Shown: positions 1 to 12,665, counted from the whole stretch's first letter. The stretch is 63,680 bases of DNA, filler included, from Globobulimina sp. (GCA_003354225.1; 50 parts of 50 records of this genome joined end to end with filler, not necessarily neighbours in it), one strand, 5' to 3'. Notes: generated by a model not told the origin, from the sequence alone. Program-made: numbers and translations.

Positions 1-19
1 GACGTCGTTATCCCTCCAC

Positions 20-1177
20 GTGTTATTACTACACATCCTATTTTATCTGACAAATAGTGCAAACTTAAAACATGTCCTTAAACATAAATTCCATTACCAT
101 GGTTGGGGCTGGATACCCAACATTCCATTAAATGGAAACCACGGTTATAAAGATCCCAGATTGTTTAGTCTGCATTCATTTACTCCATATACATACACAT
201 ATGACCCACACCAAAACCAAAAGGATAACAAGTGACTGTCAAGTGACAATGAAAAATGCCACGTACAATTTAGGTCCGTTGCATTTAAATCCCAAATCAC
301 AATTGAAATATTACCAAGTGAAAGATGACGGATCTGAAGCAGATCCCAATGATAATTATAAATACGCATTCAATGTTTGTGGCCCTGTATTACAAATCCC
401 AGAAGGATGCGATGACAGCAAGCCTGAGATCAATCAAAGCCATTACTGCGAAGACAACAATTTAGACGCAAATGGCAGCTGCAATGTGCCGTACACTCAC
501 GTGACTGGAGAAGGTATCCTATCTTTGCTGTGCAAGGATGCTTAAACTACAACTCCTGAAATAAAAAACAACGCCAACACAGTGTACGCATATCAGATGA
601 AAATCGATGCCGACGACCAGGTGACGCGATGTTGGCATTTATCAGACACCGTCGGCGGGCCAGGCATATGGTCCTTGCTTAACGAAGACAATCCGTCCGA
701 AGGCGTTACCGTATCGTATTTGGATGGCGACTATGACAGTGGCTGTGGACACAACCGGCAGATAAATATTAGCTTTGTCTGCGACAATGACCACGGAGCG
801 TTTGGCATCCCCGGCCAAGCTCGCTCAGAGATTGACTATTTGCCGGAGATTGACATTACCAACGTCAAAGAGGAAGAGATATGTCAATATAAATTAGAAT
901 TTCATACAGTTTATGGCTGTCCGGCGCAATGTCCACTGGTCGGCAATAAATTGTGTAATGGGGTCGGGCTCTGTGGATACGATGAGACGTTGTTGCAACC
1001 CAGGTTTGATTTTGTTATTTTATTTCCTTTTACATATACTATAATTTTATATTCATTTATAACTATCAGATGTTACTGCCTGACTTATTTTGGTGGCAGC
1101 AGTTGTACACAGATTGATATGTCGAGCATATTCAAACCAAATAAAGATCCGATTACTGCTGATTTATCCTCTCCGTA
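20..1177 (+). CDS. Partial spliced MRH-domain (mannose-6-phosphate receptor/ATG27-like) protein with EGF-like domain
   Basis: YAFNVCG, GVTVSYLDGD..C...RQINISFVCD, EEICQYKLEFHTVYGCP, then CNGVGLCGYD..CYC..FGGSSC; frame-joining GT-AG introns ~163-232, 514-582, 1004-1069. Confidence 0.75.
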
Positions 1178-1277
1178 NNNNNNNNNNNNNNNNNNNNNNN
1201 NNNNNNNNNNNNNNNNNNNNNTTAATTAATTAANNNNNNNNNNNNNNNNNNNNNNNNNNNNNNNNNNNNNNNNNNNN
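1178..1277. other. Artificial contig linker N44-TTAATTAATTAA-N44 (first of 49 copies, one every ~1275 bp)
   Basis: Identical 100-bp spacer recurring to 62407-62506; contig lengths fall monotonically from 1177 to 1174; the core gives stops in all frames. Confidence 0.99.
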
Positions 1278-1498
1278 TTCCCACACAACAAAAAGCAACA
1301 ATATGGGAAATGATTGGGTCACTGAGATCTTTCCTTTGCAGAAACTCCTTTGTCCATATCTAGCATACCTACAACTGTTTAACGTCGGGGCAAATTAACG
1401 ACATGACGTTACATTTAACCACGGTGTTGCCAGTGGTACTTCCCATGGTCAGTTTGTGTGAAATACTGTAGAAAACTTGAAAACCATTATTTGATTTA

Positions 1499-2454
1499 AT
1501 GACTTGCAACCTTTGGACAGGTTATGCAGTGGCGGTCCAATTATGCCTTGGGTTATCAATAATAATTGTGTTAATTGTTGAATATGTTATAGAAAGATGT
1601 CGTAAAGAATTCCCTCGTACATTTGTGCAATTTTGGTTTGATTCTTTTAAATTATGTTGCGGTGCAATGGTAACCCATGGATTTAACGTATTATGTGCAA
1701 CGATTTTAGGTTCAAGTGGTTCCTCAGTGGATGAATGTGCAGTATATATGATCGCATTTTATTACGAAGCTACCGGCATTACCTTAGTACAATTGTTGCA
1801 GTACGGATTAGTAAAATTTTCACGTAGAAAATATTTAGAAATATGCCACAACAACAACCAAACACCGACCCTATGCTCCAATATATTTTATTGGATATCC
1901 TACCCCGGACACTATACATTTATACAACACCCACCAGAATCTACCAGGAAATTGTTATCTGACACGGATAACCCACCACCTTCACTATATGCGGACTATG
2001 GCACCACCACAAATGAACAGGGCTCAATAAACGATATAAATCAGTCGCAAAATCGCAAAAAACATACCCGGTCTGAATAAAATCTCTGTTTTTCTTTTTA
2101 TTGTGATTTCTATTCATATCCTCGCACACCACTGACACAGAGAAAAGACTGCGGATGAAAAGTTACGCGAAGAATTAGGAGATGTCATACATCCGTCTGA
2201 TTATAAATACATAGCCCAATCAGACGTGGATTATAACGGTTTAATGTTCGGAAATATAACGTTTTTACAAACACGTTTATCCTCGACAAGGAATAAGATA
2301 TTATGCCTTTCTTTCAGTATCATCGGGGCCGCTCTCACTGGCATATCGTCCTATTTCTTGTTGGATTATCATTCGCTTTGGATCGATATCTTGCTCTCCG
2401 TCTGCGCCTTGTTAATGTGTGCCACCTTATCCGTGGCCACTGCCCCCGTTATAT
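1499..2454 (+). CDS. Partial multi-pass membrane protein, STIMATE/TMEM110-like
   Basis: PRTFVQFWFDSFKLCCGAMVTHGFNV and DECAVY resemble the family N-terminus; several TM helices; likely intron near 2071-2140. Confidence 0.6.
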
Positions 2455-2554
2455 NNNNNNNNNNNNNNNNNNNNNNNNNNNNNNNNNNNNNNNNNNNNTT
2501 AATTAATTAANNNNNNNNNNNNNNNNNNNNNNNNNNNNNNNNNNNNNNNNNNNN

Positions 2555-3483
2555 AAGGCGATGATGAGGTAAACGCAAAAACAAAATTAAAGCAAAATGT
2601 AATTAAAAAAGCCAGTCATGTTAACGTTCCAAAGAAACAGGCAAAGAAAAAAAAATCTAAAAAAGGAAAAAATAAATCAGTGAAAATACGTGTAACACAA
2701 TTAAATAGCAATACATTTGTGTTACAGAAATGGAAGAACAAAACCACTGTTGTCCATATTCGAGAGGCTGTGTTTCGTAGAAATGAACATTTAAACGTAC
2801 CAAGATCTGCGTTTACATTGTATCATAAAGGGAAGGTATTGGAATTAACTGATAACAACCGTTCGTTGAAGGATTGCTCAATTTGCAATTTGGATATAAT
2901 TATGTGGTCTACATCACTGCGACGGGAGAAAATAAATGCAATATTAGAAAATGACGAAGATAAAATAAGAGCTTGGTTGACAAATTCTGTACAGTTACCT
3001 CAATATTTTCACTTATTTATGAATAATGGATATGATGATATAGAAATTATCAATGATATGGTTGATAATGATTTGGTGGAGATTGGTATTGATAATATTG
3101 CTCATCGAGCAAAAATACTTGAATATCAAAATGAAATATTGACGATTGTAATTAAAGAACCTAAGATTAAGGGTTTAGAAGATATTGCTATGGCTAACAC
3201 AATGACTGATATCAGCAATGAGCACATTGAATATAATTTATGTGCTGACACAATTGCAACTGGCAAACATATTAATATTGAACTACATGAGATGAATTGT
3301 GCAAATATGATGAAGCAAGCGAAGGTATTACACCTTGGATTGGATCATCGATCAGGAATAATCAGTATTAATGTAAAACAATTAAATGAGGATAGAATTG
3401 ATAGTGTAACAATGCCAAAGGATCTGTATTGCAGTGCAGGTCTTGACTTGGACTGTTTGTACTTCCAAACAGGGATTGATTGA
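2555..3483 (+). CDS. Partial protein with ubiquitin-like and SAM domains
   Basis: LYHKGKVLELTDNNRSLKDCSI (Ubl); WLTNSVQLPQYFHLFMNNGYDD...DLVEIGIDNIAHRAKIL (SAM). Confidence 0.7.
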
Positions 3484-3831
3484 AGCTGAGTGACAACACA
3501 CATGACTCACAAGACACACAAGTGACAACATCATGCTAAATAGTCTAGTAAATATCTGGACAAGCTACCAATTATTTATTTACAAACCAGCCCTTGATTT
3601 AAGCTGCTAGATAGACTAGATTAGTCCATGGCATAATCTGGCATAGACTAATGTGCTAATTATTTACATCAAACATACTCAGTAAAACTGACACCATTTT
3701 GATTTACCTTATTTACCAAGGTGATACATGANNNNNNNNNNNNNNNNNNNNNNNNNNNNNNNNNNNNNNNNNNNNTTAATTAATTAANNNNNNNNNNNNN
3801 NNNNNNNNNNNNNNNNNNNNNNNNNNNNNNN

Positions 3832-4338
3832 ACGGATTATGATATGATGAGTAAACCAGGCAGAACATATAAATATTTATCAGAGAAACCATTATTTCCA
3901 TTCGGATTTGGAAGCAGTTATACGGAGTTTGTTTATTCCAATTTAAGTATTATAAATAAGGTTATTTCGCCTTGTGATACAATCCATGTTAATATTCATT
4001 TGAGCAATATTGGCAATTATGTGGGTGATGAGAGTGTTTGGTTATATTTGAGTGTATTTAATAAGACCTATCCCGTCGATAATTTGCGTTTAGTTAATTT
4101 TACACGAATTGAAGGGATCAAAGTAAATGAGAAAATATTTGTTTCTTTAGATATTAAACCAGAATCAATGACAATAATCGAATCATATTATTTTAATCAA
4201 CTGATAGTGCCTGGAACTTATCAAGTTATGGTTGGCAATAATCTGCTTTTTAATCAAAGTATAAAAACATTTCAGACATCTTTGAAACAGAATTTTAGCA
4301 TAATTGGGAATCCCACCAACATCAAACAATGTCAATAA
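3832..4338 (+). CDS. C-terminus of a GH3 beta-glucosidase/xylosidase with Fn3-like domain
   Basis: GRTYKY...PLFPFGFGSSYTEF, LSNIGNYVGDESVWLY, PGTYQVMVG. Confidence 0.9.
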   Translation, partial: TDYDMMSKPGRTYKYLSEKPLFPFGFGSSYTEFVYSNLSIINKVISPCDTIHVNIHLSNIGNYVGDESVWLYLSVFNKTYPVDNLRLVNFTRIEGIKVNEKIFVSLDIKPESMTIIESYYFNQLIVPGTYQVMVGNNLLFNQSIKTFQTSLKQNFSIIGNPTNIKQCQ

Positions 4339-4406
4339 AATAAAATACAATTTTAATTTAAATTAATTAATTTTTAAAAACTTGCACTAAAGTTTCATGG
4401 CTTAAA

Positions 4407-4931
4407 ATGATGCGTTTATCAGTCAAACCAGCAAAAAATAATTATTACGCATTAATTTTCTTGTGTTGCATGATATGGAGTGTGGCAGTCGTTTGTTTTA
4501 GTTATTTTTTTAATGATATCCATATTATGCCATCGCACGTATCATTACAAGAAACAAAAGGAAATATAAAAAGTGAAGAATGCATACCCAGTGCTACACA
4601 ATCAATACAACTGAACAATACAGCATTTATTACCGGAGGAATAGGGAAATATGGCAAATTGCCAGAAATGGCCAAATGTTTTGCATTTGCAGAGAGTTTA
4701 ATACGTATTGGTGGATGGCACGGAAATATCTATATTTTAACAGATACGATTATTAATAATGTAAATAAATCATTGATATTTGATTCTGAATTAGTAAAAT
4801 TAGTCCACATTGAACCAATAAGGGATGGTATTGATTTCCGCCAACATTTGGCTGGAGGACGTGGTGGTTATTTAAAAACAATGATATTTGATTTAGATGA
4901 AATTAAGCAAGACATATTAACTTATTGCTGA
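4407..4931 (+). CDS. Type II membrane protein, possibly glycosyltransferase-like, probably truncated
   Basis: N-terminal signal anchor; SLIRIGGWHGNIYILTD and LKTMIFD. Confidence 0.4.
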   Translation: MMRLSVKPAKNNYYALIFLCCMIWSVAVVCFSYFFNDIHIMPSHVSLQETKGNIKSEECIPSATQSIQLNNTAFITGGIGKYGKLPEMAKCFAFAESLIRIGGWHGNIYILTDTIINNVNKSLIFDSELVKLVHIEPIRDGIDFRQHLAGGRGGYLKTMIFDLDEIKQDILTYC

Positions 4932-5136
4932 AACCAATTGTATTTCAAATACGTTTTCCAAACATGAAAACTTTTTGGATTTTAACGCGAAATCGAATAT
5001 ATATATTGNNNNNNNNNNNNNNNNNNNNNNNNNNNNNNNNNNNNNNNNNNNNTTAATTAATTAANNNNNNNNNNNNNNNNNNNNNNNNNNNNNNNNNNNN
5101 NNNNNNNNTAGTCTTCAACAATTTCATTCGTAAATT

Positions 5137-5415
5137 TTAAAGCAGATTCGACATTTTTATTTGAAACCAGTCTGGGAGATTTGGAACCGGCGGCCGTACA
5201 GTGAGCGCTTCTTTCAGCTTGAGGCGCATCACATCATACGGCAGTTTTTCACCCCGGGTTATCTGGGCCGGTTGTTCAGAATAAAAAAATTCCAGGAGCT
5301 CGCCGACTATTTTTTGACGATTCACATCATCGCTGTCCGTTTTAAGAGGTGCTAAAAACGGTTCATCCAGTTCGATAATCCTACGGTATTTATTCACGCC
5401 AACATATAATGACAT
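5137..5415 (-). CDS. Bacterial gene fragment resembling the N-terminus of protein-ADP-ribose hydrolase (Zn-macrodomain type), truncated
   Basis: IELDEPF and RLKLKEALTVRPP..LPDWF...LL motifs; GGAG/AGG upstream; stops before any macro core. Confidence 0.45.
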   Translation of the reverse strand: MSLYVGVNKYRRIIELDEPFLAPLKTDSDDVNRQKIVGELLEFFYSEQPAQITRGEKLPYDVMRLKLKEALTVRPPVPNLPDWFQIKMSNLL

Positions 5416-5469
5416 CCTGATTTCTCCGGGTTGGTCATTGATTTTTCACCAAAATCAATGACCAACTGT

Positions 5470-6285
5470 TTATTTTACGTGATTATCAATGCTGTACTTC
5501 AATAAAAAATCAGCTTCTTTGTAATTCGGGTAAAGTTCTCTCATCTGTTTATCGGCTTCACCTTTTGAACTTGCTGCCGAAGTAATTCTTTTGAAGTCGT
5601 CTATATAACGAGTCAAGACATCGAATAGCTTCATGCCAATTGGATCGCCATGGCCCGGGTACACGATTGGATCCAGATCGGTGTATTGTGATTTAAACAC
5701 TTCCAATTGCGCCCTCCAATTGTCGATGTGTTGGTCTGTAACTCCGGTTCCCATCCACAGATGTACGCCATTGTACCCGAAATCTGACGTAAAAAATGCA
5801 TTCAAGTCTTTGCTGTAGGCAGTGGTGATATGGTCGGCCTCTGCAGGACTATAGTTTGTGCTTAATTCCAATGTACCACCACCGTCTAACACAAACGTGC
5901 TTTCGGAAAGTACATGGATATTGTTGTCGTAATCAAAACCATCGGGATTTTTCTCTGTTTTGGGCTTTAACGCAGGTTCAGCATCCAGCCATCCTACGCT
6001 CTCCATCCATGTCGAAAAACCCTTAATGTCCTGTTTGATCTCTTGTGAGGCAACGACAATTTTCACTTTAGGAAACTCTTTTTGCAACCAATCCATGCCG
6101 ATGTAGTGATCGGGATGCCCATGACTGATTAATATATGTGTCAATGGCAGTTTTTTTAGCTTTAGAATTTCAGCGAGCTTTTTGGCTTCGCTTGTCGACC
6201 GTTGTACATCCATGAGCATGACTGATTTACCATTGGAAAAAATGTACGTATTAACTGTAGCAACACCACCTTTGTACATTTCTAC
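5470..6285 (-). CDS. Bacterial MBL-fold metallo-hydrolase, 5' partial
   Basis: ISHGHPDHYIG (HxHxDH), FFTSD, YPGHG; no introns. Confidence 0.9.
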   Translation of the reverse strand, partial: VEMYKGGVATVNTYIFSNGKSVMLMDVQRSTSEAKKLAEILKLKKLPLTHILISHGHPDHYIGMDWLQKEFPKVKIVVASQEIKQDIKGFSTWMESVGWLDAEPALKPKTEKNPDGFDYDNNIHVLSESTFVLDGGGTLELSTNYSPAEADHITTAYSKDLNAFFTSDFGYNGVHLWMGTGVTDQHIDNWRAQLEVFKSQYTDLDPIVYPGHGDPIGMKLFDVLTRYIDDFKRITSAASSKGEADKQMRELYPNYKEADFLLKYSIDNHVK

Positions 6286-6385
6286 NNNNNNNNNNNNNNN
6301 NNNNNNNNNNNNNNNNNNNNNNNNNNNNNTTAATTAATTAANNNNNNNNNNNNNNNNNNNNNNNNNNNNNNNNNNNNNNNNNNNN

Positions 6386-6796
6386 CTGAGTATTCCGAAA
6401 TACATTCCGAATGATGACAGAATCGCTGGATTTTAACGACCAACACGCGATATCATAATATCTATGGTCTAAATTGTCGGGGCCTCGGCCGGTTTTATAT
6501 GCTATGACACAGACACCAGACACATATGGCACACTGTCATCTTTCTCCTCATCCTCCTTTTCTTCAATAATATCGTTAATGTCCTTTTCTTCGTCGCCGC
6601 CGCCGGACAGCATATCTTCCAATCCATCGGGCATTATGCTCTCAACTGCTGCATCCATAATGTCTTCCAATTTTGCATTTATTAAGGCAGACACATAAAA
6701 TGTTGTAAAATCCTTGCATAATTCACCTACTTCTGCACCTATCTCCTGCACAACTTCCATTATGTTTTGTAAAGTACAATTAGATTTTAACGACAC
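6386..6796 (-). CDS. Hypothetical eukaryotic exon, acidic
   Basis: Open frame running to the contig edge; no recognised motif. Confidence 0.35.
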
Positions 6797-6832
6797 AGCA
6801 AAACTTGTTTAGTTTAGTTTAGTAGAAATTAA

Positions 6833-7543
<711 letters not shown>

Positions 7544-7661
7544 AATAATTCTATTATTTATNNNNNNNNNNNNNNNNNNNNNNNNNNNNNNNNNNNNNNN
7601 NNNNNTTAATTAATTAANNNNNNNNNNNNNNNNNNNNNNNNNNNNNNNNNNNNNNNNNNNN

Positions 7662-8716
7662 GCAGTTGTGCTGTTTGCGCTGCTATCTCCATGCAAACGT
7701 GGACCACAACAACATTCACACGTAAACCACCAAAACTCACCACATCCATAAATCATACATACACTCTTTGGATATACCATGCAACATCCATCTCGTTTGT
7801 AGATCCATAATATCAATGCCCCACTTAATATAACAACAAACAATGAATGATCAATACAAATAATCAAACTTTTATCAAATGATAAAGCAAAATAATCCTC
7901 CATTACTTCTAAATAATTGAGAGCTGTTACAATACTGATCAAGCACACAATAATTGCAACACATATTGCTCCTTTCAAGGCTCGTTGCGCCGCCTTAAGG
8001 AAGTACAAGAATTAAATAACGGAATTGGAGATATTCCAGCAAGATATTTCAATATTTAATTCATGCACTACCTTAATTTTTAAATCATTAACATTCACAA
8101 CGATGGTGAATGAATCCAAGATTTTAAGGATTTGTTTGAGTGACGATATGACAGTGGTCGCTTGAATACATATTACCACTGACAGAATAATATAAAATAT
8201 CCCAATCCATTGTATGTTGGTGTAGATGTACTGACATACGTAACAAATAAACATCGTCAGCACAACAAATACCTGCAACAATGCATAAAAGAGTCCAATC
8301 CATTTTGGTCGTTTAGCATTAATTGGTTCGTATAATCTATCAATGACTGATAAATTAAATACGCGAAATATATGATACCCAGTGATGATTACAAATGCTT
8401 CAAACAATGAACACACTGTTTTCAAATCGGCATTCATATATAATATAACATTTGGATACATAAATGATACGTAATCCAATGTATTTAGCGTAATAGACAT
8501 TGTGCAGAAAAATAGAATTAATGTTCCTCTCAGTAATCGTCTTTTATCCTCCATTTTTGTTATACATAACTGTTGAACTGATATTATCCAGAAAACAATT
8601 AATATCAAACTAGATAATTCTAACAATATGTAATGTACTTCTAGCTTTGCATTTGTTGCTGAACTAGAAGCCATGATGCAGCAATATAATAGCAAAAGTT
8701 TTTTCTTACCACCCAT
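7662..8716 (-). CDS. Spliced multi-pass (about 7 TM, GPCR-like) membrane protein, 3' partial
   Basis: About seven hydrophobic helices; in-frame GT-AG intron 7994-8071 joins the two ORFs; Cys-rich tail. Confidence 0.6.
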
Positions 8717-8957
8717 CGATTTAGAAGCGACGTACTGCGAAATGCAAGTAGTTAGATTAAAACCAGCTTAAATGAATGATTTTGTCCTTGACTTGCATTA
8801 AAAGCTCCGACGACAAATAAATAAGGGAAGAAACGTTNNNNNNNNNNNNNNNNNNNNNNNNNNNNNNNNNNNNNNNNNNNNTTAATTAATTAANNNNNNN
8901 NNNNNNNNNNNNNNNNNNNNNNNNNNNNNNNNNNNNNAATTATATAAATAGAAATAA

Positions 8958-9880
8958 ATCCGCGGCTGTTTCGTACAGTGTGTGTTGCAAAAGAGCGCCT
9001 TTAACAAGAATGCCATCTTGGGCGCATTGGAGGATTTGTTGGAGAAAATGGGCAACATTTTGTATAAATTGGTGCCTCGTTTACCGGATAATTCGCCGTA
9101 TGCCAAGGTGGGCATCGATAAGATATGGACCATCGGCTTGGATGTGTCGCAAACAAGGCGGCAAGCCGCCGACTGCCTTGATGGTGTTGCAAACTTTGCC
9201 ATTCTACAGCACGCATCGCGGGATGCGCTGTATTGCGCATTTAAATCGGCAGAGGACGGAAGTGATCCCATTCGCAGCGACGGTGGCGATGACGTACGAA
9301 GCGCTGAAAATGAGTAGTTTGGCAAATTGCAGGATGAGCGGAGCCGGCCGGAGGTGCTTATGGTTTTCGGGATGGAGTGCCGGATAATCAGTTGAAGGAG
9401 GTGTACGGTAAGGAGTTATATTAGTTGGTGTGTTGCGCGGTGTGCGCATGATTTGAAAGGAGTTGATCGAATGGAGCGGGAATAAAATGAAATGGAAGCC
9501 CAAGGTGCAGTTCATTGTGGTGTCCAAAGCGCCCATCGAGAAATTTGGTTTGTGGACCGAGACGGCTATGTAGGACCGTTGGAATTCCCTGCCGTGGTGT
9601 TCCGGGGCATTACGAGCAATAAGTTATGGAATTTTTTTATGTGGAATTATCATCCAAACAAACAGCGCAAGATCCATAATAAAACCTTTGCGTTATGTGG
9701 TGTTGAGGGATGAGATGGAATTGGGAGATACAATAGGGGCGAATGGGCCGATTGGATTGTATGTGTTTAGTATACCCTTCAATATGGGCGGAACCTCGCA
9801 ACCGGGGGCCATTGTGTACGCCAAACATTATGCCGAGACATTGGCGCAAATGATATTGAAGGCTGAGTGCAAGGATATAT
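8958..9880 (+). pseudogene. Frameshifted PIWI/Argonaute-family PIWI domain
   Basis: Ordered motifs across frames: VQCVL, TIGLDVS (9141), PEVLMVF/RDGVPDNQL (9368), KVQFIVVSK, PAVVFRGITS..WNFF, PLRYVVLRDE, PGAIVYAKHYA; at least five frameshifts. Confidence 0.8.
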
Positions 9881-10048
9881 GTGGTATTTTTTGTGAATGT
9901 TTATTTGTTTTTTGTAATATATGTTTTTCTAAGTCATCTTAGTCATTCTTGTGTGTGTGTTGTTAAGATTATGTACTATAAAAAAAATAAAAATACTTAT
10001 CGAACAGATTGCATTTTTGAGAAACGTTTGATAAGTTTTTGAAAAAAT

Positions 10049-10070
10049 CAGTACTTATCGGAAAGCCCTA
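10049..10070 (-). mobile_element. Putative hAT-like transposon/MITE terminus, copy 1
   Basis: CAGTACTTATCGGAAAGCCCTA is identical to 58534-58555; reverse complement starts TAGGG; identity stops at that end. Confidence 0.55.
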
Positions 10071-10213
10071 ATGATTACATGTTGAACATGTTGTGATTTT
10101 TGTTCAACATGTTNNNNNNNNNNNNNNNNNNNNNNNNNNNNNNNNNNNNNNNNNNNNTTAATTAATTAANNNNNNNNNNNNNNNNNNNNNNNNNNNNNNN
10201 NNNNNNNNNNNNN

Positions 10214-11065
10214 CGAATTGCCCAACATCTCACTGAATTTTTCTGGTTGCCAATGGCCAATGGTTCCATTGCCTTCGTTTTTAATCTTTGCTAACTTCAT
10301 ACTTTTATCATGTTCGATATTTTTATGTTGTTTCGCAATATTACCGGTTTCTGGTTTCATGATATTAATCTTGTTAACATATCTATTCATTTTTGATTTC
10401 TTATACCACATAAATGTCGAAACTATGCAAATAAAGGTAAGTATCACAATTATTATAATGCACATTGAAGCATTTGTTGTTGATTGGGCCAATTTAGTCT
10501 GTAAATCCTTATACATTGCACGCGAATCTTCCAAATCTTGTTTGCATTTTGACAAATTAGCAGTTATAATATCTGGCGATCTGTCGAAGTCGAAATCTTG
10601 TTTGCTTTTTGTTAAATTATCCATAGATTTTTGATTTAAGGCACGCGCATCGTTAGTTGATATACGAATTATTTCTTGTATTGTTTGAAAATCAGTATCA
10701 TTTATCTCAATGAATTTAGCCATAAAAGCACCGATAACAATGTGCTTTCTCAACCTTAAGTGCGATGAACTAACACTGCCGAGATATGTTTCAGTGTTTC
10801 CAGAATGTGAAAAGATTGACAAATTGTAAGATGATGCGTGGTGTGCTGTTGTTGAGAATGTGAAATGTAAGCGAAGTGTAGGTCGCACATGTGAGAATAT
10901 GTCATGTATAAACACGTCGTCAGGCATCTTGCTAGGGTAAGATTGTATACATCGATAAAAACCGTTAAAACCTGGAAATTCATCACTATGTATCCAGTAA
11001 TATTCACTTCCATGACAGTAAGAAACCATAAACTCAATTATAAATACAAGCAAGGTTGCAGACAT
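10214..11065 (-). CDS. Hypothetical single-pass type I membrane protein, 3' partial
   Basis: Signal peptide, short coiled coil, TM helix followed by YKKSK. Confidence 0.6.
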
Positions 11066-11489
11066 GATGGCTTTTTTGTGATTTTTGAAAGCGGTTTTTA
11101 CTCAAAGTAAGATTATTGAAAATAATTAACCTGCAAAAGAATTACAATATTTACATTATAAATCAGGAGCATTATCATCAGGCTGTGATATTTGAGTTAC
11201 TTGACTTTGCCCACTATCATTTTTCTCCTCTTGTAAGCCACCATCAATTGTAACAAATGTTTCTTTTGATGGATTAAATGCATCCAAATTAGCATAATCA
11301 ATTTGTGTTTTCAAATGTCTTAAATCCTCTAAATTCTCCAATTTAACCATAATTTTTTCATCTTGTTTATTTTTATGTGCTCCAATCATNNNNNNNNNNN
11401 NNNNNNNNNNNNNNNNNNNNNNNNNNNNNNNNNTTAATTAATTAANNNNNNNNNNNNNNNNNNNNNNNNNNNNNNNNNNNNNNNNNNNN

Positions 11490-12665
11490 GCAGCAGAGAC
11501 AAATGGCGATGCGAAGAGGACAGGTTCCAGGCCAAGGTCGGGGCGGTGGCGCTGGCGGCGGCACTCAGAATCCATACTATCGGCAATGGCAGCAATACTA
11601 CCAACGATTGATGCAAAATCCACAGGGACAGTTACAACAAATGATCATGCAACAACAGGTGTGCACTGCCATGATTCTGTCCCGCTGCCATGATTTTTTA
11701 CTTTGAAAATTGCAAAAACTTTTTCAGTAAAAAATTTGCACACTGGATATTGATATTTTGTTCTGATAAGTTTCCAAAAACATTTTTTTTTGAAACTGAG
11801 CATTTTTTTGTTGTTTTATGTAGCAAATGATAGGTAATTTAAAACGCCAATTGCAAGAACGAGATAAAAATTATCACAAAACTATTCAAACCACGATCAA
11901 TTTTAAAGATATGGAGATCAACGAATTGCGAGGCCAGATTGGCAAATTAGAAGAAGAGAATGAAGAAATTGGCGAGTTGCAAGTGCAGAATTTCCAAATG
12001 AAAAAGGAATTGAATGGATTGCGTGGCGACCACCAAGCCAATGTCTTTGACAATTTATTCGCAAATATGACCTCTTCCTCGGTCAACAAAAGCAAAGTAC
12101 AATGGCCCGGAGGCCAACCACCGCCGCCATCGCCGCCAAATTCTTCCACACTGCCCGCGGGGGCTCATGACCCCAAAGCTGCCATTAACGCCATGTTGAA
12201 AGCAAAATCGTCGCCGTCTGAAATGTTATTGACCAAAACTGTCAAAGAAAAAAAATTAGACACCAAAGACGATGGAAAATATGCGAAATACGCGAAAATG
12301 AAAAAAATTGGTATGTAGCTTAAATTTCCCAACCAATCAAAAAATCAATTTACAACCAATCAAAAAAATAATTTACAACCAATCCAAAAAAATAAAAAAT
12401 GATTTTCTACATTTTCAGTTTGAAACTGCCAACACATATAAATAGGTATGCCAATGGTGAGTATTGTGAATAAAATGCGAATGGACGGCATGTCTGCGCA
12501 GGAAATCGAGGAGTACACAGGCGAGAAAGTGCCGGGTAGCGAGCCAAAGAAAGTAAAGACCAAAGGTCCCGCCGTGAACATCGCAGATACCAAATTTGAT
12601 AAATACCGTCGAATGCAAAAATTGCGAATGCCCATGAAAACCGTCACAAATAAAATGAAGTTAGA
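11490..12665 (+). CDS. Partial spliced coiled-coil/poly-Pro protein with repeated CCDC53-type motif (formin/WASH-related)
   Basis: KYAKMKKIG|MPMVSIVNKMRMDG and KYRRMQKLRMPMKTVTNKMKL; PPPPSPP; introns ~11659-11823 and ~12311-12445. Confidence 0.6.

Noticed and set aside
8882-9536. Several overlapping ORFs on both strands as separate genes
   Set aside because: Explained as pieces and shadows of the frameshifted PIWI sequence
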